Positions 11,901-20,760 of a stretch of DNA of 64,000 nucleotides are shown in pieces. The notes beneath the pieces are model-generated. The model saw nothing but the letters and a program-made list of their open reading frames with translations, was not told the DNA's origin and made no database searches. How positions within the stretch are numbered: the first letter of the stretch is position 1; each line of letters opens with the position of its first letter. The translations under genes and the position numbers were made by a program. Origin of the DNA: Babesia bigemina (lineage: Eukaryota); contig NC_027218.1 of NCBI RefSeq assembly GCF_000981445.1, positions 124,001 through 188,000 of the forward strand, in the 5' to 3' direction.

Positions 11901-14452
11901 TTAGCTGCATCTTCACTTTTTTTTACTTTTTCGTACCACTTATTGTTGATTTCTTCTTGTCGCTTATAATCATCATCTCGGACACAGTATGTTCCACTAT
12001 TAGGTCCGAGCCTAATCTGTCTATATCCTCTGGATCGTGGACATTTGTCGTCGGGATTTGGAGAATTCGCAGAGCGCTGATCGGACCCCTGAACCCCAGT
12101 GCTCCCACTACCTCCATTTTTAAAACCGACACTTAAACCAGTACCCAAATCATTGGATGTCGTTGTATCGGTGCCTTTGGTGGTAGTATTGCCTTGACTA
12201 CTTACTGCATCAGCGTCAGAAGCAGACGCCTGGTCTCCCTTTCCCTCATCACTACCGGTACGAGAGCCACCAGACCGATTAGAGCCTGCACCCGTACGAC
12301 TTGGAGACTGAGGAGTGGCAATGACTTTAGAACCACCAGTGTGTGTACTAGAATTATTAATACCCGGTGAACCTGGAGTCCCTCCATCTGGCGTACCAGC
12401 GGATTCCCTGGGTGCAGGAACACTGCTGGGAGGGGCTGGAGGAGGAGGCACTGCCGAGCCCACCTCATTTGGGGCGCCGGGTTTCTGAGAGTCAGAAACA
12501 CGTACATTCTGATGAGATCCAGGCTCCTGCTCACTTTTAGCTTCGGTTCCATTCGGATCTGGTTTCACTTCCGTGCCCTGATTTTGCCCTCCCTCCGCTT
12601 TCTTGCCCTGGTTCTGTGCACCCTCAGATTTTTTGCCCTGGTTCTGCGCTCCCTCCGCTTTCTTGCCCTGGTTCTGTGCACCCTCAGATTTTTTGCCCTG
12701 GTTCTGCGCTCCCTCCGCTTTCTTGCCCTGGTTCTGTGCACCCTCAGGTTTTTTGCCCTGGTTCTGCGCTCCCTCCGCTTTCTTGCCCTGGTTCTGTGCA
12801 CCCTCAGATTTTTTGCCCTGGTTCTGTGCTCCCTCCGCTTTCTTGCCCTGGTTCTGTGCTCCCTCCGCTTTCTTGCCCTGGTTCTGTGCTCCCTCCGCTT
12901 TCTTGCCCTGGTTCTGTGCACCCTCAGGTTTTTTGCCCTGGTTCTGCGCTCCCTCCGCTTTCTTGCCCTGGTTCTGTGCACCCTCAGATTTTTTGCCCTG
13001 GTTCTGTGCTCCCTCCGCTTTCTTGCCCTGGTTCTGTGCTCCCTCCGCTTTCTTGCCCTGGTTCTGTGCACCCTCCGCTTTCTTGGCCTGAGGTGAACTT
13101 TCCCCAGCTTTATTGACCGTAGGATGCGGTGCATCGGTTTCGGAGGCCACATGCTTTGTAAAAGCAGAGTTAGTAGTAGAAGCATTAGTGTCATTCAGCT
13201 TCCGCGCTTCAAACTTTGGACATCCCTCACCTTCCAGAAGGGTTTTCAACTTCTCCAAACTTTTATTCGTATTAATCATATCTATTACACGTTTCCACTT
13301 CTGCGACAAAGTATTCAATCCGTCGAAAAACGTTCCATAGTTTTTCTCACCAAATATGAAACCGTAAGGAAACATGTTATTGGCGGCAAAGCTGTTAATC
13401 GGCGAAAAATTGGAACGGCGTACGTCAGGGTAATCTCTACTAATGCGATTCACATTTCGCACTACATGCGACAATTTCCCTCTAAACCATTTCGCCGTTT
13501 CCTTCATGAATTTAGTCTCATTTTCTGATTCAATGGACGGCGCCTCGCCTGTGTATGAAAAGGCATCATCACTGAAAAAACCTTCCAATTGCGATTTAAG
13601 CATTCTACAATGAGACGTTAGCTTGTTCCAATCTATGCATTTTTTATTATTGTTATCAGTTAAATCTTCCTCCAATTTCCGTTTCATTTCACCGCCATCA
13701 TGAGTAACTCCTTTCAACACAATGCTACAAAATAGTACCAGCAAGCCAACAGCGTTCGCTGTGTTTGCAATGTCGGTTCCTGCTGCAGAAATAATCGAAG
13801 TGACAAATATGTTGCGATAGTCGTTCCGGCCGTTTTTGCTCAAAATGGCCTTGATGTCATCTATCATGTTTTCCGAATAGTAATAACCCTCGTGAGAATA
13901 GTAGTTCCACCCCTCTTTCAAATCATTCTTTTCGAAGCCTCCAGGAACTACACCGGTGGGAATGCCAAACTCACGATCTTGTTTCGTCGCCCTGAGGTAC
14001 CGCTGAGTGGCACCTCCCCAATTATCTGATTTAAACCACCTCCACACATACCTATTCCCATCGATCCCAGGGTTGTTTCCTGCCCACCCCCCGCCACCCA
14101 GTACCTTGAATTTCTTGTCGACATTGTACCTTAAAAAGTAAAGGGCAGCAAGGACCTTAGGTATGCACTCCAGAAGAGCATTGACAACTTCGGCAAGGGT
14201 TGCGGTTTCATAACTACCTGCAATTGCCTTGTTGCACAATTTCGCATAAAATTTGTTTACTTTAGTGAGAAAATCGGATACTGTTGGTGGCAAATCTCCA
14301 GTATACACCACCTGGTTATAATAATTAGACGCATGCCCAGCCAGTTGACTAGCCACTCTGGAGCGCATACTTCCCCTCATCCGGCTGCCTTTATGCAGCC
14401 ATTCCAGGAACTGGAGACACTGCTTCAGAGTGTCGAGAGGAATCTGCGTCAT
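8984..14452 (-). CDS. VESA-related (ves2-like, 'ribosome-binding protein 1-like' family) variant antigen with decapeptide repeat
   Basis: N-terminus MTQIPLDTLKQCLQFLEWL (first ATG at 14452). VESA-type C-terminal block SPLQAFLTD...RRTPRTTGELVSFF...YLSWTVYL, then a TM helix and LRIRSH tail. Paralog of 41602..45411. Confidence 0.85.
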   Translation of the reverse strand: MTQIPLDTLKQCLQFLEWLHKGSRMRGSMRSRVASQLAGHASNYYNQVVYTGDLPPTVSDFLTKVNKFYAKLCNKAIAGSYETATLAEVVNALLECIPKVLAALYFLRYNVDKKFKVLGGGGWAGNNPGIDGNRYVWRWFKSDNWGGATQRYLRATKQDREFGIPTGVVPGGFEKNDLKEGWNYYSHEGYYYSENMIDDIKAILSKNGRNDYRNIFVTSIISAAGTDIANTANAVGLLVLFCSIVLKGVTHDGGEMKRKLEEDLTDNNNKKCIDWNKLTSHCRMLKSQLEGFFSDDAFSYTGEAPSIESENETKFMKETAKWFRGKLSHVVRNVNRISRDYPDVRRSNFSPINSFAANNMFPYGFIFGEKNYGTFFDGLNTLSQKWKRVIDMINTNKSLEKLKTLLEGEGCPKFEARKLNDTNASTTNSAFTKHVASETDAPHPTVNKAGESSPQAKKAEGAQNQGKKAEGAQNQGKKAEGAQNQGKKSEGAQNQGKKAEGAQNQGKKPEGAQNQGKKAEGAQNQGKKAEGAQNQGKKAEGAQNQGKKSEGAQNQGKKAEGAQNQGKKPEGAQNQGKKAEGAQNQGKKSEGAQNQGKKAEGAQNQGKKSEGAQNQGKKAEGGQNQGTEVKPDPNGTEAKSEQEPGSHQNVRVSDSQKPGAPNEVGSAVPPPPAPPSSVPAPRESAGTPDGGTPGSPGINNSSTHTGGSKVIATPQSPSRTGAGSNRSGGSRTGSDEGKGDQASASDADAVSSQGNTTTKGTDTTTSNDLGTGLSVGFKNGGSGSTGVQGSDQRSANSPNPDDKCPRSRGYRQIRLGPNSGTYCVRDDDYKRQEEINNKWYEKVKKSEDAAKRRKQDEEEKRKLQKDAHEKLQNKWHQDFIFSGGVDVYGYPLKHNPDAPLQPVFVELGGLPIMDPIKETQSNYPEAPSMIHFQQPPLADHNFPHPPVPIQHLINIPTEGALSTDKYSIHSFPTDKSGISPVKDEKRKFRESFVPTDFLDPLPPINLEVVEAYTPIKADTPPDLFIEVAKRPFADPVSVNDLDLDAPYAKTYDILRDRYQELGHATGEIKSFSDVPRTNFHLDFVQGLPGLEGYEDPGMPRDSPRQVAEHNVPLVPDTSFIQRTLELSAPHVDIDVANKWSTDTDSKPKDISLEIQHVDPLESLGLPPILPTVLVERADRSTIQNESDLPFEVSIHVPDRAVQDALHDVDLYYDHYANADSILRNEIKNAESWYGEDKDFSGLPKSNFNLDFTPAFFEYNGHQDPGIPRDPSRQVSARDLPLFPDPTQCLNPWYVDPSSKSSTFSPAPNSDHLPPPQTIRGMLFWIVGLTEYGYIERITEHVVCILEDINNASSVYQFPDSLDIAALTTSLVTKTLTDSCHFAANFLYRFKHKDVSDAFKSFFKNQDNNGFYYSPDPACLLCQLRDYVYAAHHQLQFLKAQCNRDKSHGGWQDCKYGSDITSPNSPLQAFLTDGCYSDFDTYLFDPGNICLKSRVKMGFRYEGLPDESHDGSYLSTILSPTCGGDDPLLTLSSYLNCLTRRTPRTTGELVSFFHHFGNELHLSYSKGPSNLGTALSTPHDCCPNWDHLGRPDLDAVRDFRGCQSPSSGNCHPNTLFTLLGCHIGNVHCHRHLSPITYRAYALYSPIFSHTYLSWTVYLTDRLWESLDKLLYDLDRLQCSNVRANHHCADALPLLYYHGFTPPEGMPASAVKCSDVIAKLEEVVNGDAVAKLVTCMDSFLYRIRMPFIILGFALWSAAFCLLVHAILYRRDMLRIRSHIMRCKVSHAIDVKVLLSLSRNMISLYDIEYFDDDDELTEASNTLFQ
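12575..13085 (-). repeat. Coding 30-bp tandem repeat, 17 units, encoding KK[A/S/P]EGAQNQG
   Basis: Directly visible on the + strand, e.g. ttcttgccctggttctgtgctccctccgct repeated. Variant order in the protein is AAASAP AAASAP ASASA. Confidence 0.97.
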
Positions 14453-15779
14453 CCTGGCAACCGACAACGCAGCAAGCCGTGCCTAGTAGGCGGAGGGTCT
14501 GAAGGGCTCGGAGGCGTGACCTAGGGAGGAAAGAATGTGAGAACTACCGCAGTGCGGCATCGCAATGAACCCGTGCATAAAACAACACCATAGCTACGCC
14601 GCTAAGCGGACCTCGTGAAATGGCTATGAAGTGAAACGCTGTGTGCAAAAGGAAGTGTCATGTTACTGATGCAGCATATCCGCATCTCTGTGGAACTATT
14701 TTGAATAAAAACGTATACCATAAGCATCCCACTAACCCGAGGAGTAGGGAAGCCTTTACGCTCGGAGCCCGACTGCCATATAAGACCGCAGCACACGGCA
14801 GAGGACAGTTCCACAGTCCCGCTCCCGCGATGCTACCTCGTCAAGTCGTCCCCTACAAGTGTTATATTACAAAATATGCAAACGCCGCCCTGCGTATCAT
14901 CGTAGGTCCCGCCACCTGCCGCCAGGCGATACGTGATTATAAGTGAGGTGAACGCATGTGGATGGTATCTGTGTGGTGGCATGCAGATTAACTGATATGT
15001 GGTGCGCAGTCCCGACTACGCCCATATTGGACCACGTCAGCTTATCACTACCTTAGAGGGAGACGCCCTCGGTGCGCCAGTGCGCTCGTAAGCGCTCTAA
15101 GTGCGCGATTAACATGTCTCTCATCTCCACCGTTGCTCATCAATGTCACATAACCATGCCGTCCACTGGCCAACACGTCAGATGTGAACGGCTCCACCCG
15201 TTGCCAACCAACATGCTTGATAGCTGATTTTCCGAGCATTCAGGTGGAATACGACGTACTTTCACGTAGCTTGGCAGCCTTCAGCTGCCTAGTTTAGTGA
15301 CCAACCGCCGATGTCCACGTTGCGTTGTCACAGTGTGGGGTGTGCAAATCCGTGTCACGGGCAGGGCGCATCTCAACGTACATAATACATCAGATCTCAT
15401 ATTACTCGATGCTCTAGGCGGTACGCTGAGCTGTGAGCTGCCGTTCTGCGTGCTGGGTGATCTAGGCAGTGGTATCATCAAGGTGATGAGTAACGTAAAA
15501 GAAGCTATTGCTGTCACAAATGGACGTATGGTTGCGGTTGCATCTGCGATAATTTGATGCAACTTCCCACGCACACGGCGTCAAGTAGTGACTGCTCGAT
15601 GGTGCTGTGGGAAGAGAATAATCTCAGGTGTGAGAGGATGCGGAACCAGTGGAGGCGCAGCACGGCGGTGCTTAACAGCTAAATGAGCGCCAGTGATATA
15701 TAACTAAAGCGTTGCGTAAAGCTAAATTATGAAATTGAAGGTAAAGGCCGCTAATACGCTTATAACGATTGTGGCATGA

Positions 15780-16088
15780 CTACGTGGAATAATTGAGTCG
15801 TGAGAGTCCACTGTAGATGTTACTTGGGTATTCTAGAGATATGTTGGCCAGTTTTTTGTACGTCATTTCTAGACCCCCTAAGTAGTAACAGACAATGACG
15901 ATGATTAAGAAGATTGCAATGGCGCAGATGGCAAAGCATACAATTTTCCATCTACATTTCTCACATACTTTACAGTGGCATTGCGCACTACCTGTGTTGC
16001 AACTTGAACATTTCAAACCACACAAGAAACAACACTGGCATTGGCCGTTAGAGCACGTTGCGCAACAAGATCTAGCAGATTTAGACAT
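15780..16088 (-). CDS. Short Cys-rich single-TM protein
   Basis: Metallothionein-like CxxC/CC-rich N-terminus, TM helix IVCFAICAIAIFLIIVIVCYYLGG, tail YKKL...IYSGLS. Paralog of 56667..56918. Confidence 0.7.
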   Translation of the reverse strand: MSKSARSCCATCSNGQCQCCFLCGLKCSSCNTGSAQCHCKVCEKCRWKIVCFAICAIAIFLIIVIVCYYLGGLEMTYKKLANISLEYPSNIYSGLSRLNYST

Positions 16089-16619
16089 CCTTCCTGGAGT
16101 CCATTAACCAACAAGTCCTGAATAAGGATGAAACGCATACCTCAAGCACCGAACAGTAATGCCCCCAAAAACCGACCTCACTGCGACCACCGGAAAAACA
16201 CAGATAACAACCGCTCAATCCACAGCTAGTAGCACTACAGACACGAGTCTTTCAGTGCCTCAAACCACCAGCATGGCCACTCGAAGTTGCGGTTCTTTCC
16301 CCCACAAAGCATTGACCGCTTGAAGTACTGGTTCTGAACCTCTGCATTAATTATCGCAATGTGTTCGTTGTTTCCAACTTTTAATCATTGCATTTTAATA
16401 CCATATCGGTAGCTTCGCTAGTCATATTACTGTCATTTGCCTGATAGCGGCATTACGATGTGACAGTGCCATCGTCAGCTGAGTCCTGTACTCTATAAGT
16501 GTATACATTGCGTGATATTAGCTGTCACATTTGCTATATCGTCGTTGTATTGCCATGGTAGTGAGCAAGCTGACAAATCCTTACTTTCACAGGTATTATT
16601 ATTGTGTTCTCTCATTTTA

Positions 16620-16720
16620 TAGTGTGCTATTTGGCTACGTGCCTAGGGTCGGTTTTCGATTTCGCGGGGGTGCCGCCTCACGCTCATACTGGTTGCGAGT
16701 TCCACGTCGGTCCGTTGCCT
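16620..16720. repeat. Dispersed ~100-bp non-coding element, copy 1 (copy 2 at 40657-40755)
   Basis: Hand alignment of the two copies gives about 80% identity, same orientation. Confidence 0.85.
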
Positions 16721-17351
16721 AAAGTAGTACGCATCACTTCCATGAACTATATGCACAAATGTAAAGCGCCGCTTTGCGTGATTCAGCGCACACGTGACTC
16801 ACAACGTCCATAAATTCACAAACCACGCCTAAAAACACCACGTATTAGTTTCCATCTTAGGGGAAGAAGTAGTAGGGTATAAGGTCGGTAACGTTGCTAA
16901 GATTAGAGTGTATATTAAGTTGTAGCAGGTAAAATAGTTAATACGCGTTGCAGTCGACAGACATTAAGCATCTCTGCAACTGCTATTCTACCAAGGTACG
17001 CCAAGGCAGTGATGATCGCTCACACGCCTGAAAAGGCATGGCAGTGTATACTTTCACTTATAAACTCCACATAAAAACACATCTGTAGGGTATGCGGACG
17101 TTGAAGCTTGTGACGCTGGTAACCAAACAGCCAAATTTCATCCTTAATAAGCTTCAGCAGACGTCACGATTTGTTTGACTTTACCTCATGCAAACCCTAT
17201 TGTGGATGGTCAGTGTATCAATCCTATTAACGATGACTACATTCAATAAATTACTTGCTTCGCGACAATGCTTATGATCTCGTCTCAGTCAGGATACGGA
17301 GTTAGAATCTGTAACTTCGAATTGCTTGTCCATTTTACAAGTCATGACTGC

Positions 17352-18107
17352 TTAATAGAAAGCCCAGAATCCAGAGAGATCGTATAATTTTTCAAGCATA
17401 TCTCTATCCACGTGTCGCAATCCCCTGAAGACATATGGCGTATTCCTAATTTGGCATTCCGGCTCTACGTAACCTAAGGCTTTCAATACATCTACCAATC
17501 GCTCCCTGGTATTATCATTCGAGTGCCAAATCACTCCATTCATCGCATCCCACAGAGCATTTAAGCCTACGTATAACATAGGAGCAATTCCCACTAAGAT
17601 CACCGCACAAGCTTCCGGATCTTTTGTGCATGATGTCTCCCATGTAGCTTCTGGAGTGTAAGCAGACTTGTACTGGTCATGTCTTTTTATATTATCCAAG
17701 AGAAATGCACAACCGTACGTCACATGATCCACGTTCCTGGCGATTTTTTCGGCATTGAGACCGCCTGTCTTTATGAAGTTACTATAATTACTTCCGTTGA
17801 ACGCCCTAAAACTCTTCCACCACATGTTGTCAGTCTTATTCATTGGTGTCTTGTATCGGTTTAGAAGTTCTTTTACATATGAGTTTTCCTTAAGCTCCGG
17901 CTCCTCCAGGAACTGCTGAGAAATACGTTTAACTTCTTCGAGAGCTGGCACCTCCATTTTGCCGACAGGTTTGTTTGCGAGAAACTTGTAAACTGCATCG
18001 CCAATAGCCCTCAAGCTCTTTTCGCCATCAATGTCCCTCAGGGCCATCAACCAGTCAACAGCCTCTTTGAAGCTACGAGGGACCTCAGTCAACGAATGGT
18101 GTACCAT
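17352..18107 (-). CDS. Short VESA1 N-terminal-like family protein without TM helix
   Basis: Starts HSLTEVPRSFKEAVDWLMAL, paralleling KLTDCPENLREAIDWLLQV of the VESA1-like gene. Contains YKSAYTPEATW and CAVILVGIAPMLY; ends DLSGFWAFY. Confidence 0.8.
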   Translation of the reverse strand: MVHHSLTEVPRSFKEAVDWLMALRDIDGEKSLRAIGDAVYKFLANKPVGKMEVPALEEVKRISQQFLEEPELKENSYVKELLNRYKTPMNKTDNMWWKSFRAFNGSNYSNFIKTGGLNAEKIARNVDHVTYGCAFLLDNIKRHDQYKSAYTPEATWETSCTKDPEACAVILVGIAPMLYVGLNALWDAMNGVIWHSNDNTRERLVDVLKALGYVEPECQIRNTPYVFRGLRHVDRDMLEKLYDLSGFWAFY

Positions 18108-19882
18108 TTTGTAATTATGCGTTGAAGTCTACTGATTATAAACACGTATGTAGTCTGTGGTTAATTCACAGACCAAGTTGCGATCAGCTGCGTATTCAAC
18201 GGGGCGACCTTCAATTCAACTGTGCCTTAAAGGCGTGTGAGCACAACAGCGGTGTGACTTTCTAATATAGACGCATTTGTTTTAAATATAACAAGCTACT
18301 GTTACGCCAAATGGCTGTGAAATTAGGGTGCGATGGCAACCATGCTGTCATCGTAGCTCGATCTAGAACATTAACCAGGCATGCAGTATCCTCAACGCAT
18401 GTTATTTTCGTACGCAATTTTCAGACAGAAATGATACATACTGACCATATATCGCTTTGTATTGCTGCATCAAAGCACTACGTTGAAGAATCATAATGGG
18501 TTGTGAGTCGAGTTCTGCAACATGTACGCCATGTAGTAGCGGTCATCACAGAGGACAATAATCCGGCACCACACTCCATCGTACCCACAGACACTCCTCC
18601 GCATATCCTATAGTCACCCGATGATTAAGGCTACCTGTAGAGTATTGCTGTATCTGGAGAGGCACTTCTGAGACACTGACCAAGATCACCAACTCAGCAT
18701 CACAGTGCACTGAGAAAATTCAGTGACACGTTCAGTGTTACGACGCAGCATTCCATTGGAATGCAGGCAATTGCCAATACAATCGCATTGATGGGTCCAC
18801 CATAACTGTTTCCGATTTTGCTACCTTGTGTTGCTTAGCTTGTCCCATATATCGCTGGTCAACCGTATTGGAGGTACCGGATTTACGCCTAGAGTGGTGC
18901 AACATAACTTATTGTCACTGTTACTTTTTCGTGGAATCGGATGGATTCGACAGACCTGCGTACCTTGTTGAGGCTATGCATCTCCTGGCTGGTATAGGCG
19001 TTCTGCCATTCACACTGAAGCACCAAAATCTATCCGGCTGAAGCACCATCTCTATCCACACAAATAGTTGCTGCTATGTGCATTCATCGCCATTGTGTTA
19101 ATATGTTAACATTAAACGACTTAATCTGACGCAGCTTTTTACATCCCTACCTTGCTGCTGTCGGAGTCCTCATTGAGGCAAGGGGTGTCGAGAACGTTTC
19201 CTACCCCTCTGACATTAGCCGTGTTTGTCACAGCTGTATCACGTTCCTCACACTTAACACCCCATTCTGAATCGCTCTGTAATTTCCTTTCATCCATCCC
19301 AGCAAGCCGTAGGCTGCTGCTGCGTAGTGCGGGCACGGGTAACTGTGGTTTAGTAATTACCAATATAAGTCACTTCAGCCTTCTGAATAGTTATGATGTG
19401 AAGTGATGTGAACACGCAGTGAGCAAATGAAGTGCTTTCCTGTCATATTGTTGCCAACCATGTAGGGTGGCCAAGTGCTCACACGGTAGTTGGTTGATTT
19501 AACTGGTGAAGTTACTGAGGGACAATGATCATTGCCCGATTAAACCTTGTGTTGAGTATTTGTTGCATAGTCTGATTTCTAAGTTATGATGAGATCACCA
19601 AAACAACACGTTGCACCTTCCCAGAGTGTGCCGGACATACACTATTTTTCTTGTGAGATGTAGCGTCAAATCCCATTACTGGCATGACATGGTATCGCTA
19701 ACACAAGACTACAGACATATATCACAACACAAAAATACGATGCCAACTCCGCACCGACAACTAACAAAATCTAAGCAAGAACTATGCTCTCACTGAAGAC
19801 ACAAATCAGCAGATCGACCAACATGGACTATGACAATTTAAGTGGCTAATTGCCAAACGAGTTACCGAGTTTTATATACTCA

Positions 19883-20165
19883 TTACTTGGAGTAGTAGTT
19901 CTCGATCTGGATGGTAGACAGCACGATGCCCTTGATGGTGACACATCGGCACTCCAACGGCGGGGTCTGGCGCAGGGTCTCGTATGGTCCTGCAAGTGAA
20001 CTATATAGACGCACGGTTACAAAGTGATTGGAATGTGATGCTACCAAAGACTGGCTGATGTCACTCAAGTTCTTCACTTCATCTTCAACGTAAACTTGGT
20101 CGAAGCAATTGGGTGGCTCCAGGACGTACGGTGCTGGGCAGTAGAAAGCCGCTTCTTTAGCAGCC
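19883..20165 (-). pseudogene. 3' fragment of a 6-Cys (s48/45)-type gene
   Basis: Frame reads AAKEAAFYCPAPYVLEPPNCFDQVYVE...SHSNHFV...TPPLECRCVTIKGIVLSTIQIENYYSK*, the FxC-x6-PxNCF...CxC pattern of s48/45 domains. An in-frame stop lies just upstream and no start is evident. Confidence 0.65.
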
Positions 20166-20760
20166 TTGAAACGGCATGTGTATACGCCATCTGTTTTGGT
20201 AAAATTCGCTTAATACATGCCCTATCTTGAATATTTCTCCAGTTAATGGCATCGTATGCCACGGAAGCGTATCTTCTTGGTAATCCCTATAATGGTAAAT
20301 GTGACGCTGCAAAACATCGCTTAAAACCAGATGTCGAGGACCGCAGATAAATATCAGACGGTTATCAGTAAGAGGAACCATCCTTATATTTGGCTTTTTG
20401 AACATAATATCAGTTCGAGGAACGAAAAATTCTTTTAATAATCCGCCATGGTATGGATATTATAGACATCAGGCACTGGCGATGTTGCGTGCAGTATTTC
20501 CACTTAGAGGGCAGGGAATAAGCGTCTGGAAAATACGAACAGACTTTTATCTCACACGTAAACACGGGCAGTACAATCGGCAGAGGAACAATGTTAAGAC
20601 AAACAATTAGCTGAAATACATAAACATGTTGAGACAACCCTGAGCTCCCAACCTTTCGAAAGCCCCATGTGCGCATACATTTTCCGGCGCTTTCATAGCC
20701 CCTGTCTTTGTCGATGAAGACAATGATCACACACAACGTCATATAGATACTTCATTACGA

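Noticed and set aside
12512..13194. Several long alternative-frame and antisense ORFs over the 30-bp array; superficially CRISPR-like periodicity
   Set aside because: The frames stay open only because the repeat unit lacks stops. There are no unique spacers or cas genes, and the context is eukaryotic coding sequence.
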